DNA from: an uncultured Acidobacteriota bacterium
Lineage (GTDB): Bacteria > Acidobacteriota > Thermoanaerobaculia > Multivoradales > UBA5704
DNA: 64,000 nt
Direction: 5' to 3'
Assembly: GCA_963795735.1 (NCBI GenBank)
Contig: CAWCIU010000004.1
Coordinates: 128,654 to 192,653, forward strand
Made by a program: the position numbers and the translations under genes. The notes under the pieces are model-generated. The model ran no database searches. It worked only from the letters and a program-made list of their open reading frames with translations, and was not told the DNA's origin. Below are positions 48,502 through 56,143 of the stretch, one piece after another; position 1 is the first letter of the stretch; every line of letters begins with the position of its first letter.

Positions 48502-49299
48502 CTAGAAGATCCTCCAGTCGGTCCAGATCCCCATCGAGCAGAGGCGGACGTAGAGGTCGGAGAACCCCACCGTGCACAGGCTCATCCAGGCCCACATCAT
48601 GTGACGGCGGTTGAAGCAGCCGACGCAGTTGTAGGCGGCGCGGCGCGCCGGCGATCCCGAGAGCCGGTCGAGGACCCCGCCCACCAGGTGGCGGAGGGAG
48701 TGGCAGCCGAAGGTGTAGCCGCTCAGGCAGACCACGTTCGCCGCCAGCACCAGGGTGCCGACGCCGAGGCCGAACGACGCCCGGCCGGTCGCCGGATCGG
48801 CGAACCAGAAGGCCTTCCAGACGTCGTGGGCGAGGAAGACCAGGAGGAGCAGGGCGAGATAGAGGAAGTAGCGGTGGACGTTCTGCAGGATCAGCGGGAA
48901 GGAGCGCTCCCCGAGGTACTTCTTGCGCGGCTCGCCCACCGCGCAGGACGGGGGGTCGGCCCAGAAGGCCTTGTAGTAGGCGCCGCGGTAGTAGTAGCAG
49001 GTGAGGCGGAAGCCGCCGGGGGCCCAGAGGATGAAGAAGGCCGCCGACCAGGGGATCAGCCCCGGCCACCACCCCGGCTTGCCGCCGAACCAGCTCGTCG
49101 CGGGATCGCCGAAGACCTCGGGGGAGTAGAACGGCGAGAGGTAGTTGCCGAAGTGGTAGTGGGCGCCCTGGAACGCCGCCCAGGTCGAGTAGACGATGAA
49201 CGTCGACAGCGCCAGGAAGACCACCAGCGGCTGCGCCCACCAGGCGTCCCGCCGCATCGTCTCCCCGAAGGAGCGCCGATTGAGAACCTCTAAGGACAT
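48502..49299 (-). CDS. sdhC: Succinate dehydrogenase/fumarate reductase cytochrome b membrane subunit
   Basis: Five-TM protein placed immediately upstream of sdhA (adjacent coordinates). Conserved His residues sit in the helices. Confidence 0.7.
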   Translation of the reverse strand: MSLEVLNRRSFGETMRRDAWWAQPLVVFLALSTFIVYSTWAAFQGAHYHFGNYLSPFYSPEVFGDPATSWFGGKPGWWPGLIPWSAAFFILWAPGGFRLTCYYYRGAYYKAFWADPPSCAVGEPRKKYLGERSFPLILQNVHRYFLYLALLLLVFLAHDVWKAFWFADPATGRASFGLGVGTLVLAANVVCLSGYTFGCHSLRHLVGGVLDRLSGSPARRAAYNCVGCFNRRHMMWAWMSLCTVGFSDLYVRLCSMGIWTDWRIF

Positions 49300-49404
49300 G
49301 CCGCCGCTCCTCCCTCTTGTCGTGGCCGTATTGAAGCCGAAGCGGGGGGTTCTGTCAAACCGGACGGCCCGGCCCGCGGCGGCCCCGGAGCCGGCGGTCC
49401 GGGG

Positions 49405-49854
49405 TCACTCCTGGACGATCCGCTTGAGCCGCTGCATCAGCAGGCGCGAGTCGTAGACGTTGTCGGTGGCGACGAACAGGGTGTCGTCCTCCGCCACCAC
49501 CCCGCGCACCTCGGGCCAGGCGGCGTTCTTGAGCGCCACCGCCACCGCCTTGGCCATCCCGGGGGTGGTATCGAAGACCAGCAGGTACGGCCCGGCGGTG
49601 CGCACCCGGCGGATGAACTCCTCCATCTTCCCCATCCCGCTCTCGTCCCCCTGCGGGCTGGGCGGGTGGTAGACCCCCTCCCGGCGCACGATGCCGAGAG
49701 CCTGCAGATCGCGGCTGACGCTCGACTGGGTCACCTTGAACCCCTGCTTGCGCAGCGCCCGCCCGATCTCGATCTGCCGGGTCATCGGCCGTTCCGCCAG
49801 GAGCTGGAGAATGGCCCGGCGGCGGCTGTCCTGGTACGCGCGGTCGATCGGCAT
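49405..49854 (-). CDS. argR: Arginine repressor
   Basis: RRRAILQLL...TQSSVSRDLQALG winged helix plus a C-terminal oligomerisation domain (GVVAEDDTLFV). ATG at 49854 follows AGGAGG. Confidence 0.85.
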   Translation of the reverse strand: MPIDRAYQDSRRRAILQLLAERPMTRQIEIGRALRKQGFKVTQSSVSRDLQALGIVRREGVYHPPSPQGDESGMGKMEEFIRRVRTAGPYLLVFDTTPGMAKAVAVALKNAAWPEVRGVVAEDDTLFVATDNVYDSRLLMQRLKRIVQE

Positions 49855-49898
49855 CCGTATCCTCCTGATATGCGTTAGTCTGACGAACGAAAAATTTC

Positions 49899-49918
49899 TT
49901 GTCAACGGGTCTTGACAA
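49899..49918. promoter_or_regulatory. Perfect palindrome TTGTCAA-N6-TTGACAA in the argR / 50107 divergent intergenic region
   Basis: Read directly from the sequence. Each half contains a TTGACA -35-like hexamer facing outward. Confidence 0.25.
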
Positions 49919-50106
49919 ATAATCTGGGATTTCTGCATTCTATGCGCACCGTAGTTGAAGTCGTGGGACCTGGACGGCGGGCATCGCGGGAACGGGAACC
50001 AGCGGGCCGGCCAGGGCGCAAGAGACCGGCATCACCCTGCCGGCGCCACTTTCGGCGCCGGTCAGGTTCAAGGGGCTGAAAGGGCCCCGGAAAGAGGAGA
50101 AAGACC

Positions 50107-50550
50107 ATGATCGCGAAGGAGAACACGAAGTCGGGAAAGTTGGGCAAGCTGCAGCGGCTGTCCGCGGCGTTGAACGCCAACGGCGCCGACCTGCCGCAGT
50201 TCGAGGGGAGCCGGGCGCAGCTCGCGGCCCTGCTGGCCCAGGCGCAGGAGATGGCCAAGCAGCAGGCGGCCGCCACGGCGGTCAAGCAGGAGGCGAGCCA
50301 GCAGCTCAAGACCCTGCTGACCGAGGGGGAGCGGCTGGGGACGGTGCTGCAACTGGCCGTCAAGCAGCACTACGGCATCCGGGCGGAGAAGCTCGCCGAG
50401 TTCGGCATGCAGCCCTTCCGCGGCCGTCCCCGCAAGGCGGCCCCGGCCCCTGGGCCGACACCCCACCCGCCGACCACCACCCCGCCGCCTCCCACCACCG
50501 GCGGCACCGGCGGCCCGGTCCCCCACGCCGCAACCCCTGAAACCGCTTAG
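50107..50550 (+). CDS. Hypothetical protein with coiled-coil N-part and Pro/Thr-rich tail
   Basis: 147-aa ORF with RBS GAGGAGAAAG upstream, followed by a terminator-like hairpin. Confidence 0.5.
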   Translation: MIAKENTKSGKLGKLQRLSAALNANGADLPQFEGSRAQLAALLAQAQEMAKQQAAATAVKQEASQQLKTLLTEGERLGTVLQLAVKQHYGIRAEKLAEFGMQPFRGRPRKAAPAPGPTPHPPTTTPPPPTTGGTGGPVPHAATPETA

Positions 50551-50560
50551 CCTTCCCCTC

Positions 50561-50591
50561 CAGGGCATGCTCCGGCACGCCCTGCTTTTTT
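50561..50591 (+). terminator. Rho-independent terminator candidate
   Basis: CAGGGC-N12-GCCCTG followed by CTTTTTT, 10 nt after the stop at 50550. Confidence 0.5.
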
Positions 50592-50614
50592 CCTCCTCCT
50601 CTTCCCTACTCCAC

Positions 50615-51075
50615 CATCTCGCGCGACGGAAACTCGCGTCGCGACGAGATCAGCTCCCATCGGCGGAGATCCGCGGACTTTGCGACAAAGTCGGCTGACA
50701 TTGCGACAAAACCTCCATATCTCCCGCGATGGGAGCTGATCTGTCGCAACATAAGCTCCCATCGGCAGAGATAGGCAGACATCGCGGGAATGTCGCCTTA
50801 TCTCTGACGATGTCTCCTTATCTTCCGCGATGGAAGCTTATTTTGCGCGAGATGAGCTCACGTCGGCGCAGATCCGCGGAGTTTGCCGGGATGTCGGCTT
50901 ATCTCTGACGACTTCCCGCTATCCGCGGCGATGGGAGCTTATTTTGCGACAGATAAGCCGCCATCGGCGGAGATCCGCTGACATTGTGACAATGTCGGCT
51001 GACATTGCGACAAAGCTCTGGATCTGCCGCGATGGGAGCTTATGTCGCGACGAGGCAAGCGGCGATATCGTCCGG
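50615..51075. repeat. Degenerate tandem array of about 100-bp units (4 full units plus partial units at both ends), each internally palindromic
   Basis: Unit starts near 50641, 50745, 50845, 50946 and 51046. Each unit has arms AAGCTCCCATCGGCGGAGAT / ATCTCCCGCGATGGGAGCTT plus an inner hairpin GAC(A/T)TTG-NGA-CAA(A/T)GTC. Confidence 0.85.
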
Positions 51076-51097
51076 TTCCAGATAGGGATCAATCCTC

Positions 51098-51415
51098 TCA
51101 GGCCTTTTTGCGCGCCTCGGCGTCCGCCAGCCAGCCGCGGCGGAGCTCATCCGCCGGGACACTCGAGAGATAGGGCTTGAGATCGAGCACCGGCGTGCCG
51201 TCGAGCATGTCGATCCCGCGGACCTGGAGAACCCGGCCTTCGCGCCGCAGGAGCTCGACGACCGTCAGCGCCAGCGGATTCGGCCGGCGCGGCGAGCGGG
51301 TGGCGAAGACACCGTGCGGCCGGTCATCCGCCGGCGTCGCGATCCGAACGAAGTACCGTCCGACCAGTTTAGGCGCATTCGAAACCAAAGTGGGAGGCTG
51401 ATGGACCCCGGCCAC
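51098..51415 (-). pseudogene. trmO: 5'-truncated tRNA methyltransferase TrmO/TsaA (YaeB) fragment
   Basis: GVFATRSPRRPNPLALTVVEL...LDGTPVLDLKPY is the C-terminal half of the TsaA-like domain. The N-terminal ~60-80 residues are absent, and another gene ends only 18 bp upstream. Confidence 0.5.
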
Positions 51416-51433
51416 CAGCCTCCCAACATCAAC

Positions 51434-51595
51434 TCAGCAGCACCTGGTCTCGCAGGTGTTGCAGTTGCTCGCCTCCACACTGGGACAATTTACCAAGGTT
51501 AAGCCGCCCGCGACAGGCCGGAGCTCCGGATGCTCCAGGGCGAGCAGGGTTTCGCGGTTGATAGTCAGCTTGAAATCCTTGCGGTTCTTTTTCAT
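51434..51595 (-). CDS. 53-aa GG-leader, Cys/Ser/Thr-rich peptide (candidate RiPP/bacteriocin precursor)
   Basis: MKKNRKDFKLTINRETLLALEHPELRPVAGG | LTLVNCPSVEASNCNTCETRCC. AAGGAGA sits 7 nt upstream of the ATG at 51595. The rest of the 272-aa track ORF looks spurious. Confidence 0.5.
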   Translation of the reverse strand: MKKNRKDFKLTINRETLLALEHPELRPVAGGLTLVNCPSVEASNCNTCETRCC

Positions 51596-51847
51596 CGGGC
51601 GTTCTCCTTGGAGATGAACCTGTTTGGGACCAGCCTTTCCCGGAGAGGCCGGGATTGACTCCCGAAGCTTATTCCAGAGCTTGATGTAGAACAAGGCCCG
51701 GTGCCCGAAGAGCCGAACGAGGTGCCGCCAGGAGAAAAGGCCGGCACCTCGCACGGCAGTGCTTCCCGGCGGTCGCTGGCCGGGGGGTCCTGTCTTTTTT
51801 TGGCCGACGATCTTGACGCGACAAGTACTTTGCGGTACAAAGGGAAA

Positions 51848-52231
51848 ATGAACAAGCTCAAGCGCACCATCGCCACCGCGGAATTGCTCCTCGTCCTCCC
51901 GGCCGCGCTGTTCATGACCGCGCTCTTCGTGCGGAACCTCCAGCCGGCGCCCCATGAGCCGGCGCAGACCGCCCGGCGCTTGGTCGACTGGTTCAGCGCT
52001 CACCCGCCCCTGGGTCTCCAGCTCTTCCTGATCGCGCTGCCCTTCGCCGCGTTCGTCCTCGGCGGCGCAACGTTGCTGCACGGCTGGCGCAGCGACGCGG
52101 AGCTCCGGCGGACCACGCGGGAGACGCTCGTCGCCCTCCGCGCCCAGCTGGCGACCCTGCTCATCGCCGGGGCCACCCTGATCGCCGGAGGCAGCCTGGC
52201 CGTGGTTGCCCTGCACATGGCCGCGGACTGA
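51848..52231 (+). CDS. Hypothetical 4-TM membrane protein
   Basis: 127 aa from the ATG at 51848. TTGACG-17 nt-TACAAA lies just upstream, so the mRNA may be nearly leaderless. Confidence 0.4.
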   Translation: MNKLKRTIATAELLLVLPAALFMTALFVRNLQPAPHEPAQTARRLVDWFSAHPPLGLQLFLIALPFAAFVLGGATLLHGWRSDAELRRTTRETLVALRAQLATLLIAGATLIAGGSLAVVALHMAAD

Positions 52232-52370
52232 CGGGGAACCTCTCGCCGCCACCGCCGCAGCATTCGTCCAGGACTACTTGCGTTAGACTTCCCTTGAGCC
52301 GGTTCGCCTTGGTCATGCCTGACCGCCTCGAGCTGCCCTCGGGAAGAAAGGTCACGAGATGGAAGCCGCC

Positions 52371-52607
52371 ATGACAGCGATCGAGACAACCGGAACGGTG
52401 GACGCGGATCATCGGCTGATGCTCGACGAAGCCCTGCCGGTTTCCGGCCCGATGCGAGTGCGCGTCATCGTGCTGTACCCCGTGGCCGACGGGATGGACG
52501 AAGACGAATGGCTGCAAGCCGCGGCTCGAAATCCCGTGTTCCGCGACCTCGAAGCTCCGGAGGAGGATGTCTATTCGCTAGACGATGGAGATCCTTTCCT
52601 TGACCCG
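52371..52607 (+). pseudogene. Antitoxin-like gene whose 3' end and partner toxin are replaced by an IS66 remnant
   Basis: MTAIETTGTVDADHRLMLDEALPVSGPMRVRVIVL...DEDEWLQAAARNPVFRDLEAPEEDVYSLDDGDPF resembles a common type II antitoxin layout. The frame then runs into IS-derived sequence. Confidence 0.35.
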
Positions 52608-52886
52608 GATCATTCCAGCACCCGCAGAAGCGAGAACCAACTCCGCCGCCTCCAATCCTTCCACCCGATAGCCACGCGGAGTGATCAACGCCACACCCTT
52701 GCCGGCGTCCTCGGCACCTGCGTATATATCCCGGCTCGGCCTCGACCGGGCGAAAGCGTGTCTACCTATCTAAGGACGTGGCACCTCTTCCCGCCCGCCG
52801 GGGAGCCCGAACCCCGGCCACTGGCTGAGACCACCTAAGTCCATGTCAGCGCGGAATTTAGAGGCGGTGTAGGTAGGAGGACTTGA
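52606..52886 (-). mobile_element. Degenerate partial IS66-family copy (orfA 3' part plus diverged terminal IR), inverted relative to the intact copy
   Basis: 52606-52758 is the near-identical reverse complement of 53711-53866, with only a few mismatches by eye. GGTGTAGGTAGGAGGACTT at 52866-52884 resembles the IR GGGGTAGGGCGAGGTCTTAC. Confidence 0.7.
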
Positions 52887-53070
52887 ACTTCCGAGCAAGA
52901 GTTAGGGACCTCCTGGCCAACGGCTTCAAGGAGGGCCTCTCCAACGTCCTATCTGAGCACCTGGCACCTCGCTCCGGGCACCTCGCTCCGGGGTCCCCAG
53001 CCAGCAGCAGCACCTCGTCCGCCCCGAGCCCACACCTTGTTTCTCGTTCCCGTTCCGCGTCGTACGCCCT

Positions 53071-53430
53071 TCAAGACTCTTGCCGTGAAAATAGGATGTT
53101 GAAAAAAGCCAGGATGATACCCAACCCAGCAATAGCGTCCAAGACGGTAAGGCCTTGGCTGATCCAGTGAATGGGTGAGATCTCGCTAGATCCAGCAGGG
53201 CTCATTGTCGCGATAGTTCTGTAGAAGATTAGCCTTTTTAAGCTCCCGCTACTGCCGGGAGACATAGAATAGAGATTGTTGAAGTGAAGGCCATAGCTGT
53301 CGGAGATCCATATCATGACGAGCTTTAGAATGCTCAGGAATATTGCCATCTCGCCTGCATGTACTAGGGAAATAACAAATAGTCTTGCCCTCCTCAGGAC
53401 ACGATCCTCGTTCTTCGGGATCCCTGAAAG
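53071..53430 (-). pseudogene. 3' part of an IS66-interrupted K-channel-like membrane protein gene
   Basis: After removing the IS and one TSD copy, this part continues in frame from the 55782-56143 part. It encodes TM, a pore-helix-like LIFYRTIATMSPAGSSEISP and a further TM. Confidence 0.7.
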
Positions 53431-53506
53431 GTAAGACCTCGCCCTACCCCGTCTTGTAGCCGTTGCCCCGAAAACGTCATTCTGGTCCTCTCAAAGGGAG
53501 GAGCCC

Positions 53507-53857
53507 ATGGATGCACGCGTGAAGAGATTTCGCGAGGCGGTGACACGCCAGGGAGGCAGTGGAGTTGGCAAGCGGTATCCGTCGGAGCTGCGAGCGCTGG
53601 CAGTGGCGGTGGCAGAGGATCGCAGAGAAGAGCCGCTGGCTCGGGTGGCGGCGGATCTTGGCATCTCGACGGTGAGCTTGCAGCGCTGGCTTGAGCCGGG
53701 TGAGCCCGTTCGCTTTCGCCCGGTCGAGGTCGAGCCGGGATATGCGCAGGTGCCGGGGCCGCCGGCAAGGGGTGTGGCGTTGATCACTCCGCGAGGCTAT
53801 CGGGTGGAAGGGTTGGAGGCGGCGGAGTTGGTCTCGCTTTTGCGGGTGCTGGAATGA
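53507..53857 (+). CDS. tnpA: IS66 accessory protein TnpA (orfA, HTH)
   Basis: 116 aa in first position in the IS66. Its ATGA overlaps orfB. Confidence 0.8.
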   Translation: MDARVKRFREAVTRQGGSGVGKRYPSELRALAVAVAEDRREEPLARVAADLGISTVSLQRWLEPGEPVRFRPVEVEPGYAQVPGPPARGVALITPRGYRVEGLEAAELVSLLRVLE

Positions 53858-54225
53858 TCGGAAGCACCCGCCAGGTGACGGTCTATGCGTTTTCCCAGCC
53901 GGCCGATCTTCGCCGCGGCTACGACGGCTTGAGCGCGCTGGTGCGGGAGGCGATGGGGCGCGACGAGCTGTCGGGCGACCTGTACCTGTTCGTCAGTCGG
54001 ACTCGTCGCCGGGCGAAGGTTCTTCTTTGGGATGGCACCGGTCTGTGCGTCTATGCCAAACGGCTGGAGTGCGGGAGGTTTGCCTGCCTGTGGGGCCAGA
54101 AGGACGCCTCGCAGGTACGCCTGACGGTCAACGAGCTGCAGTTGTTCCTGGAGGGCAGCAAGCTGGTAGGCCGAGTGACCCTGAGCCCGCCGGCCGTTGT
54201 TGCGTCAACCAGTGTTTTTTGCTAG
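53854..54225 (+). CDS. tnpB: IS66 accessory protein TnpB (orfB)
   Basis: ...DLRRGYDGLSALV...LYLFVSRTRRRAKVLLWDGTGLCVYAKRLE..., the canonical IS66 Orf2 pattern. Confidence 0.9.
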   Translation: MIGSTRQVTVYAFSQPADLRRGYDGLSALVREAMGRDELSGDLYLFVSRTRRRAKVLLWDGTGLCVYAKRLECGRFACLWGQKDASQVRLTVNELQLFLEGSKLVGRVTLSPPAVVASTSVFC

Positions 54226-54234
54226 AAAAGGCAT

Positions 54235-55725
54235 GTGATCGCGATCCAGAAAGAGAGCCGCCTGGAGGTCCTCCGCGAAGTGGCTCTTCTGCTCGAGCAG
54301 GAAAACCGTCGTCTCCACGAAAGAATCCAGCACTTGACGCTGACCCTGGCCCGCCTTCAGGGCCAGGATGGGACTTCGGCCCTGCAGGGCGAGCTCGAGG
54401 CGCTCAAGGAGCTTTTGTCGCGTCGGGAGAAGGCCCTGTTTGGCGACTCCTCGGAGAAGCGGCCCCACCCGGAGCTGTCCACCCCGGAGCCGAAGCGGCG
54501 CCAGGGGCACGGCCCGCGCGAGCAACTGCAATTACCGGTCGCCGAGGTGCTGCACGTGCTGGACGAGTCGAATCGTGACTGCCCGGTCTGTGGTGGGCCT
54601 CTCGAGGAGATGAAGGATCAGCAGGAAATCTCCGACGAGATCACGGTCGTGGAGCGGCGCTTTCTCGTGGCGCGTCACCTGCGCCAGAAGTACCGCTGCC
54701 GGTGCAACGGTGCGGTGGTCACGGCGCCCGGCCCTCGCAAGCTGATCCCGGGAGGACGCTATTCGCCGGCGTTTGCCGTGGAGGTGGCGGCCTCGAAGTA
54801 CCTCGATCACCTGCCGCTGGAGCGTCAGAGCCGGATCATGCAGCGCGAAGGCCTGGAGGTGGGCTCCCAGACGTTATGGGATCAGCTCGACACCTTGGCC
54901 GGGCACCTCGAGCCGACCTATCGGGAGTTGGGGCGGCGAGCCCTGGCGTCTCCCCTGGTCCATGCTGACGAGACCCACTGGCGGCTGATGGCCAAGAGCG
55001 AGCGCAAGAAATATTGGGTTTGGTGTTTGACGAGTCCCGACACGGTCTACTGCCGGATTTTCGACAATCGGGCCAAAGATGCGGCCCAACAGCTTCTGGC
55101 GGGATACCAGGGAACGGTGGTCGCCGATGGCTACGGCGCGTATGGAGCCTTGGCCCGAGCCGGTCCGGGTTTCACCCTGGCGCACTGCTGGGCGCATGTG
55201 CGGCGAAAATTCGTCGAGATCGAGTCGCACTACCCGCAACAAGCTCAGGAGATTCTCGATCTGATTGGAGAGCTCTACACTGTGGAGCGAGATGTCCTCG
55301 CTCGCCACGTTGAAGACTCACCGGCGGCCCGACTGGCGCTGCGCGCTCGGCTGCGCGCAGAACGCTCTCGCGCGCTGATCGAAAAAATCCGGGTCTGGGC
55401 CGAATCTCAGAAGGTCCTACCGCGGAGTGGCCTGGGCCAAGCCATTGGCTACATGCAAGAGCTCTGGGCCGGTTTGACCCGCTTTCTCAACGATCCTCTC
55501 ATCCCGCTCGACAACAACCCTGTCGAGCGCGCCTTGCGCGGCTTGGTGGTCGGCCGAAAGAATCACTATGGCTCTCGCTCAAGCCGTGGCTGCGAAGTCG
55601 CCGCTCTGTTCTACAGCCTGATCGAAACGGCCAAGCTCTGCGGTGTCGAGCCGAAGAGCTACTTGCTGCGCGCCACCTCCAGAGCCCTGGAGCATCCCGG
55701 CGCGGTGACTCTCCCGAAACCCTGA
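54235..55725 (+). CDS. tnpC: IS66 family transposase (TnpC)
   Basis: Leucine-zipper N-terminus, zinc ribbon CPVCGG...CRC, ...YLDHLPLERQ... and a DDE region (ADETHW..., DGYGAY, CWAHVRRKF). Confidence 0.92.
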   Translation: MIAIQKESRLEVLREVALLLEQENRRLHERIQHLTLTLARLQGQDGTSALQGELEALKELLSRREKALFGDSSEKRPHPELSTPEPKRRQGHGPREQLQLPVAEVLHVLDESNRDCPVCGGPLEEMKDQQEISDEITVVERRFLVARHLRQKYRCRCNGAVVTAPGPRKLIPGGRYSPAFAVEVAASKYLDHLPLERQSRIMQREGLEVGSQTLWDQLDTLAGHLEPTYRELGRRALASPLVHADETHWRLMAKSERKKYWVWCLTSPDTVYCRIFDNRAKDAAQQLLAGYQGTVVADGYGAYGALARAGPGFTLAHCWAHVRRKFVEIESHYPQQAQEILDLIGELYTVERDVLARHVEDSPAARLALRARLRAERSRALIEKIRVWAESQKVLPRSGLGQAIGYMQELWAGLTRFLNDPLIPLDNNPVERALRGLVVGRKNHYGSRSSRGCEVAALFYSLIETAKLCGVEPKSYLLRATSRALEHPGAVTLPKP

Positions 55726-55781
55726 CTCCGATCCGACCGGACCGCTGCGCTTGCCCGCATTGGGGTAGGGCGAGGTCTTAC

Positions 55782-56143
55782 CCTGAAAGTCCTGCGCGAA
55801 CCTTTCTCACAACCATTTCAAAAGTTCTCAACAAGACAAAACCCAATAAAAATCCAGTTATAAGATCGCGTGAGCATAAAACTGAGAATCGAGCATTTGA
55901 TACGTTTGGCAGCCACCAATATGAAACTATATATAAGGAAATCGCAATGGTAAAATAAATTTCCATCATGATATCGTAGTTCAAACTGCCTGGGGCAGGA
56001 ACATTCATATGGTGACGAACAATCCTGAGCCGTCCAAAAATTCGAAAGAGTAAGCGTAAGATCATCTTAAATATTGACTCTGGCATTACGGGCGAATAAG
56101 CAGTCTTGCCAAGCATGTTCAAAACGTACATTAAGGGGGTCAT
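55782..56143 (-). pseudogene. 5' part of the IS66-interrupted K-channel-like membrane protein gene
   Basis: The track ORF 55778-56143 terminates at a TAA supplied by the IS66 end. The ATG at 56143 overlaps the upstream stop (ATGA). Confidence 0.7.

Larger units (their letters stand above)
53431..55781 (+). mobile_element. Intact IS66-family insertion sequence
   Basis: 20-bp perfect IRs GTAAGACCTCGCCCTACCCC (53431-53450) and GGGGTAGGGCGAGGTCTTAC (55762-55781). 8-bp direct target duplication CCTGAAAG (53423-30 and 55782-89). Three-ORF IS66 organisation. Confidence 0.95.

Noticed and set aside
50040-50061. CCGGCGCC-N6-GGCGCCGG hairpin in the leader of the 50107 gene.
   Set aside because: The 8-bp stem is perfect, but there is no U-tract and no alternative pairing to suggest attenuation. 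Such GC palindromes are frequent in this composition.
50615-51075. CRISPR array interpretation of the repeat region.
   Set aside because: The units are contiguous ~100-bp degenerate repeats without interspersed unique spacers of constant length. No cas genes are nearby.
50547-51180. Track ORFs 50547-50762(-) and 50830-51180(+) with similar MGAY.A.D.L.S..I motifs.
   Set aside because: Both lie entirely within the palindromic ~100-bp repeat array. The similarity of their peptides on opposite strands is a consequence of the inverted-repeat DNA. There are no RBSs, and the composition is Arg/Cys-rich nonsense.
51434-52252. 272-aa track ORF.
   Set aside because: Only the last 53 codons (from the ATG at 51595, with RBS) look like a gene. 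The upstream 219 codons are Arg/Gly/Glu-rich and antisense to the 51848-52231 membrane-protein ORF.
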